The position numbers and the translations under genes were made by a program. Shown here one piece after another: positions 11,897-64,000 of a DNA stretch of 64,000 nt. Under the pieces are notes generated by a model. It did not search any database. It saw only the letters and a list, made by a program, of their open reading frames with translations, and was not told where the DNA came from. How positions within the stretch are numbered: the stretch's first letter is position 1; each line of letters starts with the position of its first letter. The DNA comes from Podarcis bocagei (Eukaryota), in the NCBI GenBank assembly GCA_964188305.1, contig OZ076889.1, one strand, 5' to 3'.

Positions 11897-11902
11897 AATA
11901 AA
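11897..11902 (+). terminator. Candidate polyadenylation signal of ANGPTL3
   Basis: AATAAA starting 24 nt after the stop codon; further AATAAA hexamers occur downstream, so usage is unproven. Confidence 0.45.
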
Positions 11903-14027
11903 GCACATTATACCTTTGTCAGAGCCAAGTGAAGGCACTTTTCAGTACTCAGGCGAAAGAATTCCATTGTACCTTAATGATATATTTTGTTTCTGTGGCC
12001 GCCATATACAAAAAAACAGTATGGTCAAACGATGGGCAGAGTAATGGAAATGGAGAAATGCAGCCAGTTTTTTAGGATTGTTGCTGGCTCTAGAAACCCA
12101 CTGCTAGCAAGCTTTCCTTAGCTTTCCTAAGGATAGCTATATCTGAAGATGTTTACCATACCAGTGGGAAGGAAGAAGGGAAGGGAAAAGCTTGCCCCAG
12201 GTAGGGCTTGAGCTTCCCTACCTTCCCTCCTTTCTCTCAACAGCAGAACTTGTACTACAGGGGAGTTAGGAGAAGCCAACATTACAGGGAAGAAGCGTGG
12301 CAAGGAGAAATCTTAGGGCTGAAAGGAAATATGATGCACAGGACAGCAGCTCACCAGCTCACCTGATTTTCCTAGCCTGGCACAGCCTGTATCACCATAG
12401 AAGAGAATTCAGTCACTTCATTTTGATGGCAGAAAATAAGCTACTGCTTTCAGGACACATTTAGGGGGCCATAACCTACTACCGTGGATCTCAATGTCAC
12501 TATAGGCATGGGGGAAGGCGTTGCCCTTTAGAGGAAAATGTCACTGTTCTCTGTTCAAATCAACAGCTTTCATGGATCTCTATGGAATGAAATAAACAGG
12601 GTGCAATGCAGTTCACAGCTTAGGGGGAGCAAGACCTGTCTCTCTGAATGAAGGCTGAAGTCGTTTGTATGAAGAACAGACATGCTTTTTACTACACAAC
12701 ACCTGCGACCTACTATAGCTGGTGCACACCTCTACCTATATAAGAGTTTCCACTGAACTGGATGGCACAAAATAAATCGGCTCCATTCTGGATTTCATTC
12801 AAGTGAAGTGTAAAATTTGATTCTTGCCTAGTAGCTGCCCCCACCCCAGTGACATAGAAAAGTGCACCCCCTTAGCTTCTCCTCTATAGAAGAATGTCTG
12901 CCATTCAACCCTCCAGGATTTAGGACACCACTGTGGTGATCGTAGCCTCCCACAATTCCTTGCACTAGCCTCTGCTGAGAGAAGGGAAAGGAAATGAGCT
13001 AAGCCATGTGGACAAGAATCAATGAGCTCGAGCGAAGTATTAGGGTTGTGTTCTCCCCTTTCCTCCTACCATGTAGTTGGGAGGACTTCTGTCAAGTTTG
13101 ATTTCTCTTTTACATGTTACACTTAATGCATGGCATGCAGCTGTGTGTTTCTTCTTCTGAAATCTAGTATTTAACCCTTTGAATTTCATTGCTGAAGACA
13201 CAGTGAATTATCTCTCACAGCTGCTGTGGAGTACCTTAAATAAAGTGTCATATTGCAAATTTATATTAGATCTGCTGCAGGCCTCAAAGCTTTGAAAATC
13301 TTTACGCTGATCCTCTGCTTGGCTCAATGACATTTGCTGAATAAACAAATCTGATATCATTTACATTAGCAAACCCATGACCCATTTCTAATAATAAGGA
13401 ATTTTTCGCTTTTTAGTAATGTAAAATAAGGATCCACATCCATCACTTTTAGAAATAGATTTCCCTCATCAGTGGCCCACCACCACTCCAAGAAAAAGCA
13501 AAGTATCTTTCATCCCAGTTATACAACAAGGCCCTCTAAAGATTACATGACTGTATTATACATATATTATTTGGTAGCACCGTGTCCTTGGGAAGACTTT
13601 TACCTGCCTTGATTTATTGCACACTCCCTGATGGTTGGCTGACCACAATTATTATCCCTCTGCCCTAATCCCTAAAAATATACTTAGTTGAAAAGAGACA
13701 TGGAATTGCCTTCCAAATTCTCTTCCTGATTTGGCATTGAAGTTAATTAAATTTCTCCTTGAGAAACAAGAAATTTGGCCTGTTCCCAGAAGAACAGTCA
13801 GGTTTTAGAGAAAGCTGTTTCTGCGATAAAAGAATTTTCAGTTATTCATATGTGATGGCTAAATACAGTTTTCAGAAATATAACTCTTTCCAGCCTTCAT
13901 CTATTGAATAAAATTAAGTCTCTCAACATAAAACCAAATTTGGGAGAAATCACTTTTCAGCTCAGTTAAGCTGTTGAGGGTTGTTGCTTGTTTGTTTTTT
14001 GGCCTAGAGTTTTGTGCTGCAGTAAAT

Positions 14028-14269
14028 CAGATTTGGAGAACCTCTTCGATTCCAACTTTCAATATTGTTGGACTCCCAATTTCCATTGGGCCAGTCAGCA
14101 TGACCAACGGTCAAGAATACTGTTATGTATTTATATTGGTTCTTGTATTGTAAACCACCCTGTGATCTTTGGATCTGAAGGGTGGTATAGAATTATTTAT
14201 TATTATTATTATTATTAATGGAAGCTGAAATCCAACCACATCTGGAGGGCCATAGCTTCCCCATCCCTG
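14028..14269. mobile_element. Palindromic hAT MITE interrupted by a retroposon 3' tail ending in (ATT)n (about 14120-14217)
   Basis: TSD CAGTAAAT / CTGTAAAT (7/8); right arm ACATCTGGAGGGCC...CCCCATCCCTG. Confidence 0.75.
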
Positions 14270-15861
14270 CTGTAAATTATGCAGCAAAGCTTTTGGAAGC
14301 ACGTCGGCTCTGGAGTGGCTTAATAACCTTGGTTACAAAAGGGTATCATCCCAATGTAAAGAGACAATTATAGATGGTAACTTCACAGTGCCTAACAAAC
14401 TGAAGTTCAGTCTTGATTTTTATAGCATCAATAACCAAAACGGATGGTGGCATGCCATGAAACTGTGTGCTTTACCCTGCTCTTATGATATACCTCCATC
14501 CAGGCATTCTTGCAAATGGCATCAAACCAAACCAGACCAGACCAGGCCATGGAGACATCTCCTATGTGCAAGTGGCTAAATGTGCAAGTGGTTAAATGTG
14601 AAGCAGGCCTCAGTTTTCTTATTACAAGCAGTTCCCCAAATGAAAAAATCTTCTTCAGACTACTCTAGCACTAGATTAGCTAAACAGAAAACAGAAGGAC
14701 TTCCAAGGAAGGAGTCAGATGATTGCGGAGTGTATCGATTCTGAAAGTTCGGTGGGAGCAACTGTGAAAGGAAAGAAGCGCTCTCCAAGATGGAATCAGA
14801 TACTTGTCTAGAGAGCTAATATATTGGGAAGGAAATGTCCCTATTACACAGCATTATAGATACTACTTGAAGGAAGCGTCGATGTCCATATTTTCATATA
14901 AACTATCAAGTGGAACACAGCAGTCTTATGCCAAACAATCCAACATCTATTCCACCACTGCAAGGGCGGACACCTGAAAGGGACTCTCAGGATCTATTTA
15001 TGGACTCTTCTATAGTGCAATGCTATGCACATTTATATGACAGCTAAAGTATGTATTCAATGCAGCATTAAGTAACCTCCCATGAGTGTAAGTAATTCCA
15101 CTTGTACAACGGGACTGTCCTCCTCTTTCTCCCCCCCCCCCCGCATGCCCCCTAAAACTGTTCTGGGGATTTCTCCAACCCTCTGGGGCAGATTTGGGGA
15201 GAGTGGTGGCACACATGGGAGGAGATGGAGAGACAAGTGTAAATTCTTATGCTGATGAGACAGTTACTTAGCCCTGCACTAGGTACAAGCCTGTGTCGTT
15301 ATAGATTCAACAGGGCTTATTTCCAGATAAGAGCATAAGATTATAGCCACAGGCAGATAAATTAGGAATCTGGATGAATTGTTAAAATATAAAATTCTAA
15401 ACAGCAATTATGAGAACATGACAAATAAAATTTAGAATTAAACAAAGCAAAGATGAATACAACACTAGGAGAACATTCCTAGAAATAGGAATTGAAAGAC
15501 TTAGGGCATCTACATTTATTTCATTTTTCACCGGATTGTATGAACAACAGGATAACAACCAGCTAGTATATCTCATGTAATCCTCTGAATATGCACTAAA
15601 CTAAGAACTGGTGACTCTAATCAGCTTCCAGAAATATGAAAACAAAATCCAGAGGATACAGCCTATTGTGGGTTTACTAAATGAGAAACTAAAAAGCTTC
15701 CCCTGAAGGCTCTTTGTTCTCTTTGTTTACCTGATTACTGAAAGTGTGATTATCCTGAACAGACTCATCAATCTCTGTGTGATCTGCCTCAATCACTGCA
15801 TCTGGATGAAAGAGAGCACCATGCACTGTGTGAACTAATTAAAATCTAAATTCCACTCTTA

Positions 15862-57332
<41,471 letters not shown>

Positions 57333-59334
57333 AGTTGCTCAGGATCGACAAAAGCAAAAGCGCTTCCAGCTTCCCTCGCCGCCGCCGCCGCTGGAGAACA
57401 AGTCAAAGGAGCCAGGAATGGGCGCCGTAATGCTCAGGAGCGCCGCGCAGCCACACGGCGTTGCGCGTCCCCGCCCGCCGGTGCAAGGCCTCCCTTTCCA
57501 AGGGGATAAAAAGGAGAGTGCGCCTCTCGTCGCGTATATATGGCCCGGCCAAGGCAAACGGGAGGAGGAGAGGCTGAGGAGGGGTGGTCCCGCTCGCCCC
57601 CAAATCTCTCGCGGGCGGGGGAGGGGCTGGGATCCGGGCTCATCCCGCCTCGCGGAGGGGACGAGTCATCGAGGGGAAGGGAGGGCGCGCCTCCGCCCAG
57701 CTCCAGGGAAAGAGACGGGGCAAAGGGCGGGGGCAGAGCCGTGATTCCACTTCCCAAAGCTGGGAGCCTCCCTCTTGAATTCCTTACCGGGCTTTCGGGC
57801 TCCTGCTCCGCCCACAAGGAAGACGGAGGGAGGAAGAGATGCAGGTTTGTGGGGTTGTGGGAACCCGCGTCCGAAAAGAACCTGCGGAGGCGTGGAAGGA
57901 GGATTGAGGGGATCCTATCATCTTCCCCCCCGTCGCCCCCGCCCGTCATTAAAACTGAAATGGTTGGTGCCTGGCGAGTCTTGAGTTATTTTTCCTAGTT
58001 GCACGCTATCTCAGGTTTGGGGGTTTTAAGGCTGGAAACTTTAAAACAAGCAGGAATACTGAAGTTTCGTTGATTGTTTTTTCGCCACGTTCTAAGCTGC
58101 GCCTCTTTTCGGAAGGGGCTTTGGTTTTGTGTCATAAGGGCGAGTGCTGCATAATCATAATACAGAGGGGGGAATTACCACGACGCACACTTCAAAATAC
58201 CCTTCCCAGTTCCCTCTGCCACTTCCCCTTTCTCCGTAGCTTTGCTATTGACCCCACATGATAAACTTCTACTTGTTATTCCTGACTTTTCCCAAACCAC
58301 CCACCGCCTGTTCCTTACATGGAATCGTAGAGTTGGAAGGGACCACTAGGGTAATCTAGTCCAACCCCCTAGCTCCCTTTCCTCGCCAGACTTTTCATGT
58401 TTTTCAAGCTTAGCCTACCATCGCTGAGGACCACGTGAAGTGTTTGGTTACCATTACAGTACCTCTTTGCAGCCTCCCTTCAGTGACTGAAGTCTGATAG
58501 AACAGAAAGTGAAAGCTCTCTCTTCTCTATTCCACCGTGGTATTAACTGTCTTCACATCCTTGCCGTCTCCAGAAAGCTGCCCTAGATAACAGATAAGTT
58601 ATTGTTATTAGGGTTATGTATTTATATTCCACCTTTCTTCCATTATGAAGCTCAAGGTGGTGTACATTGGGTTCCCAGGCAATTTCTGGTGCAGGCACTG
58701 ATCAGACCCAGACCTGATTAGGGTCATTTTATTTTAGAATTATGTGATTTGAAGGGGGGAAACAGCCTTTATGTTCCACCATAAATATGACAAACAAATA
58801 CACGCTCTTCTTCATCACTATAAGGGAGAAAAAGGAAAACGGTAGGGGTTGTCCTGTCCCCAAAAATCAATGCAAAGGAATTATCACATTTACTGTCTAC
58901 TGTCTACTGTCTACTGTGTACAGTTAGGGAATTTGGCCTTAATGTTCTTTATGGGTCCTTCTCTGGTAACACTTACTTTACAGTGTGGTAAGCCAGCCAT
59001 TGGGGAACCCCTTGCTCCTAGCTGTGCAGAAGGGGAGACAGGTGGGTACACTTGCACTGGACCTTGGAGGGCTAAGCCAGCTGGGGGCCTTGCCAAGGAC
59101 TGGATGCTTTTTTGAGTTTATCATTTGAGTCCAACAGGACTCCCACCCTCAGCATCAGACAAGCTCTGTACAGGCCTGCCCTGCTCATTCTGCTATGTTG
59201 GGGCCCTGTACATGTGTCCCAAAGTTCTGCCCTGGCTCGCAGCATCACTAGCATTATCTGAAATGTCAGAGAGCCCACTCCACTGAAACCACAGAAATTC
59301 AGTAGCTGCCAGCATGGGCACAGCCAAGGGGAGA

Positions 59335-59390
59335 GCCTTCTGCCAACCTCGCAGTTGGAAAGCATGCCAGTGCAAGTAGATATATAGGTA
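59335..59390 (+). mobile_element. Degenerate Sauria SINE fragment
   Basis: CTGCCAACCTCGCAGTTGGAAAGCATGCCAGTGCAAGTAGATATATAGGTA matches the core of the full copies. Confidence 0.7.
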
Positions 59391-59432
59391 AAACAATAGA
59401 AATACTTAAGTAACTGAACAATCAAATCAGTT

Positions 59433-59506
59433 CTGCCCCCCCCTAACAAAGGTCCTGCCCACCCCCAAAGTCCTGCCCACCCCCCCAAAGTCCTGCCCAC
59501 CCCCCA
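59433..59506. repeat. C-rich minisatellite, ~20-bp unit AAAGTCCTGCCCACCCCC x3-3.5
   Basis: Direct tandem copies visible. Confidence 0.85.
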
Positions 59507-60604
59507 TGGCTGCCACATACAAGGCTCAGGATATCCCTGGAAGTTTAGAATGGTCCTACAGTTTAAAAGGATGGCAAGTAGCTTTGCAGAACAGCAGAAG
59601 TGCCTTGTGTTGAATTTTGAGGAGTATCTGGAATTGGTCACCGCAAGAGAGAGGGTTATTGCCTGATCTTACATTATCTGGACAAACAACTGCAAAACTG
59701 GTATTCCTATATGTGACTTTTATGATTTGTTCAGCTTGTATAAGGTAGCTAGAGGTGTTTCTGATTGTAAAACAGAAGGTTACAATCTGCAGAAAACAAC
59801 AGATGTTTATTCCATAATGTTATTCCTATATGAAGTCCATATAATAAACGCTAGGTCTCTGCAGTGTTACTTAGTTTATATATTTGATCTGGTAACAAAT
59901 TTAAACTTTTTTTCATTAATTGTTAATTACTATTTTATATTCACATTGAAATATCTCACATTTAAAATGTCAGTGCTCAGTTTTCATTAATAAATTGCTT
60001 TGAAATGTTGCTTATCTCATTCCCTCTGCTTTGACATATCCTGTCTTTATTGCTGGGTTTCAGTCCTGCTTTGATTTGACTTGGTATTAACAGCACACAC
60101 TGAATAATTCCATTAAAGCAGACAGTATTTCACATGGGGATAAATGTCTGAAAAATTAAATTGCTAAAATATGTGGAGTTAGGGACAGGGCTGCCTTCGT
60201 TATTTGCTAGTATGAAGCACATATGATTTCAGTACTGTAATGCTGCCAACAATAAAACAAAAAACAGCTATTTCATGCAACACTGCAGTGACTCATTAAC
60301 GTTGTGCTTATCAAGTATTTTGTCATATTTTGCTATGTATATATGAGTGTGCTGTCCCCACTCTGGGATCTTCTAAATAACCAATACTTTGGCCCATGTG
60401 AAAACTTAAAAGGCTAACCTTTTTTTTCCCCTTAGGAAAATGAAACAAAATTATGCTGTCAGCAGAAAAATGTGTATTGTTTGTGTAAGTGATCATAGGG
60501 TACAAAAATTAATAATCCACAGTCCTCATTTCTAACAAGCTCTTCTGAGACCTGGTCTGCAACAGCCCTGTTTTCAGTCTATTGACTGCCAGATGATTTA
60601 GACT

Positions 60605-60682
60605 ACAATCCTAAACACGTCTATATACATCTGGGAGAATTGATAAACTCAATGGGACTTTTGTTGTATAGGATTGCACTGT
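60605..60682. repeat. Short (~80-90 bp) unclassified inverted-terminus repeat family; copies at about 42243-42330, 54475-54546 and 61435-61510
   Basis: CAATCCTA...TAGGATTG termini and a shared ATGGGACTT core. Confidence 0.55.
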
Positions 60683-63600
60683 TTAGACTACAGTGTAGAA
60701 TTTGAGGCCCAATGTAACATCCAACTAAGGTGTTATGTTAGTGATAAATTCCAGAAGCTAGCACTATCAGCATGAATTTAGCACAACAGATTCACACAAA
60801 GCCTCTTCCAGTAAATTTGAACCAAATAGGTATGTTGGCCAAAGTCTTGTTATAATATATTTTAAGGTGTTCAGGTCGTAACTCACCATATCTGAGAGCT
60901 AACATTTTAAAATAAATGTTATATCTTGGAAAAGCAGACTAAACAAAGACGTAGTGGGCAAGATGTAAACTTCTATGCTCACACTGAAACATTCCCTGTT
61001 TTCTTTTCTGTCCTTGTTTCCCTCCCATCTTTAAAAACAATCCCTTCATCTGAAATATATGAATAGGAATAAGACATATGCAACTCAGGCCCAGTTTCTT
61101 TATACACTGTCTGCAGTGGTTTTCTGAAGAGCTCAGAAGCCTACTTTGCAGGGTTTTTAGTGTGGCTGCCACTATTTTGTGGAACGGTATTCCTGTCAAG
61201 ATATGATAGGCACTCAATATCTGCACTTTCCTGAAACAATTGAAGACATTTTTGTTTCAACCAGATTTCCCAGCTGGATAAATAGGCATTTTGCAAGGGT
61301 CTACTTTGTACAGTTTAGGCTTGTTTCAAGTGTATTTATTCTTTATGTATTTTTAACAGCTTTTAATTACCTTCAGTGTAAATTGCCTTGAGACGGTTGT
61401 TTAGAAGGTGACCAATAAATTATTGTTGTTAAGGGCACATTTACCTGGGAGTAGGTCTCATTGAACCCAGTGGGACTTACTTCTGAGTAGACCTGCTTGT
61501 AATTGCACTGTAGCTGTGAAATCAACACTCACTCAGGTGAGTTGTGTTTTAAAATTGCAGCCTAATCTTGCAACTTGTATGTAAATGTAGCTGGTGTCAT
61601 ATTCATATATTTGCAGTATATAACAATCACAGTAGTTAAGGAAGAAGAAATTGGTAAATTATTTTTTATGCTTTTAAAATCAAATTACAAAATGTATCAG
61701 GCATAATATAATTTTAATACTGCATGCTGAGCACATGGTGAACAATTACATTTCTAGAAGGAAACTATTAATAGTAATACGGGAAGTGCCCAGAATAGGC
61801 ACTATTAATTAACCTGACTCTTTCTGCTTTTTAAAAAAACCATATTATTTCTATTTCTAGCCTTCTGAGACTGTAATCTAAATGTATTCATTTTCGCCCT
61901 CTGTGGAGAAGACAGTTTAATGGAATTGTACATTATTACTTTACTTACAAGCAGATTGCCTTGGCTTCCTTTTCTAGTCATCTTAACTATTCTGGCCTTC
62001 CTAAGAACCTGAATAGCCACACAGTCTGTTTTCAGTGCGATGACTCAGCCCTGAGAATGTGAAGAGTAACTTTGAGCATGTCCAAAAAAATCCTGTATCT
62101 TAACCTGCGTAACCTCAAACAATGCCTACACCTGGGATTGTAAGAGCACTTGGAGTCACAAGAGGTTATTTACACAGGAGTGCTACCTTTGATGCCCCTC
62201 ACTGCAGAAATTATGCAGTGCCTAACGCTTTCCCTGTTGCATTTGTCCCCCATCTTGCTTTATCATCTGTGATCTTGGTTTCTAAGGATGAAGATAGATA
62301 TTGTAAAGTCTGATGGAAGTGGCTTGAACACCCATGTGCTGCATGCTGAGGGATTTGTTTCCAGGGCAGGGAATGTTCATTCCTTATTCATTGCATTTAT
62401 GGTGTGTCTGTCTTCACTCTGTCCTGACTTCCTGGACAGGCTAATTGCTTGTTTCACGAGTTTAAAACTACAGAATGACCTACCAGACCTGATGCATGTC
62501 TTGGTCTTCAATTTGCACTTGCTTACCTGCTAGACTTCTGATGGTTTGCTCAACCTGTTATGTGGGTGAGTGACATTGAAACATTGCCTTCGTTCTTGGC
62601 CTGGAACCCCCAGACAAGCAAAATCAAGTGTGTATATCAGTTTTAAATGCAACACATCTCAATAAATCCTGAAGTTGGTGAGTAACATTCATGAGTTGAG
62701 GATCTAATAGCAATATGACCCTGGCACATGCTGCATTGGAAAAATGCACAGAGAAGTTTCAGGATAAAGCTACCTTTTATTTTTATTTAAAAAAAAATTG
62801 TTACGAGCACTAAAAATCATTTTTGCAAATTATGATGTAGAGAAATGCTGAGAATCATGGGCAGTAACAAATAGTCTCAGCTTTCTTATCCGATACATGA
62901 TGAAAACAGCATAAAGAAGTGTATATAAGCCTCTAAAGTACAGAATTTGAATACCTTTTAAATTCTAACTCCAGTTATACTACTGCTGTTGCTACTACTG
63001 CTCATACTGCTACTACTTCTACTTGTTTACCCAGTGTTCCACAATGTAGATTGAAGGACCTTCTCTATACAGCTACTGTAAAAAGCTAAATAAAATCTTT
63101 CACCTCACTGAATCTCAACAAGCAAATGGGGAGGGGGGAGTATTTCAGGTTACATTTTCCAATATAGCTGCAGCTCAGTAACAAGCTACTACATCTGTGC
63201 CAATGAACTTAAATCATAACAGATGGATGAGGCTAGTAGAAATGTATACATGACCTTGTAAGGAAGACCAACAGATATCACAGACTGTCTGACTCAATTT
63301 TTTTCAGTGCATGGAACATTAACCAAAGGAAGTGAAGGAAAAACTGAATTAGTATATGAAAAGGGCCAGAGTTGCCTCCCTGCTCCTCATACGCTTCAAA
63401 TAACACTATCCACTAAAATTCACATGAACAACAAATCTTGTGTCTCTAGTGCTGACAGGCAGCATTTCTGAGAGCCATAAAGTCCCACATACTTGCCCCA
63501 CTGTGATTCCCCAGCTACTTTCAACCTGCTTTCTAACCATACTCTCTTCCTTATAAAACCTGCTTATCTGCATATGTTTAATTAGTTACAGAATTCTTAT

Positions 63601-63802
63601 CTACTATAGCATCAAGTTAATTAGTCCTAAATAATTATTGTTCTGCATTGCTCAAAAAAGGCTGCTATTAGAGCATTTGTCATGTTGGCCCTGTATCACC
63701 CAGTCTCCTCTTTTTGCTTTATCACTGCATCACTCAGGTACTCTTTTGCATTTCCTCTTAAAGACAATATTTACATAATGGGGGCATATGACAATTAACC
63801 CA

Positions 63803-64000
63803 CCGTATTTTTTCATGTATTGGACAAGGTTTTTTTACTCAAAAATCATGTCAAAAAATGGGGGTCATCCAATACACAGATAGTGGCATGGGGTGGGGGA
63901 GAAGCGGGGGGCTGCCAGCCATGTGGTTGGCGGGAGCGCGGCTTCCCACGATGCTGCTGCGAGTGGGGAGCAATCTGGGGGGTGTTCCCTGTGCACAGCT
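63803..64000 (+). mobile_element. Probable left end of a Tc2/pogo-like DNA transposon, cut by the window edge
   Basis: CCGTATTTTTTCATGTAT-type terminus, then AAAAAATGGGGGTCATCCAATACAC and a GC-rich interior; other end not visible. Confidence 0.5.

Noticed and set aside
58000-63800. Exons of a neighbouring gene (e.g. ATG4C) upstream of DOCK7
   Set aside because: I could not recognise any coding exon here; it looks intergenic with decayed repeats. A divergent non-coding transcript cannot be excluded from sequence alone.

Overview
Eukaryotic (vertebrate) genomic DNA. Full-length Sauria SINEs point to a squamate, probably a lacertid lizard. The window holds the 5' part of DOCK7 on the minus strand: a CpG-island promoter near 57.5 kb and coding exons 1-14 (1,682 nt, about 560 codons). 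A complete 7-exon ANGPTL3 gene (459 aa) lies on the plus strand inside DOCK7 intron 14, the same nesting known from mammals. All 21 exons were read by hand, with canonical GT-AG boundaries and consistent phases. The introns carry Sauria SINEs with target-site duplications (TSDs), tRNA-derived SINEs, Tc1/mariner-type and hAT-type MITEs, LINE fragments, microsatellites and a 408-bp solo LTR with an open reading frame. I see no clear new multi-gene system. The best leads are: changes in ANGPTL3 (His-to-Arg in the lipase-inhibitory motif, no linker RxxR site, extra N-glycan sequons, a C-terminal RKKR); the ORF-bearing solo LTR; a possible alternative first exon of DOCK7; inverted repeat pairs flanking DOCK7 exon blocks; and enhancer/CTCF-like sites. 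Comparisons to human sequences are from memory and repeat-family names are by pattern recognition; both need alignment checks.
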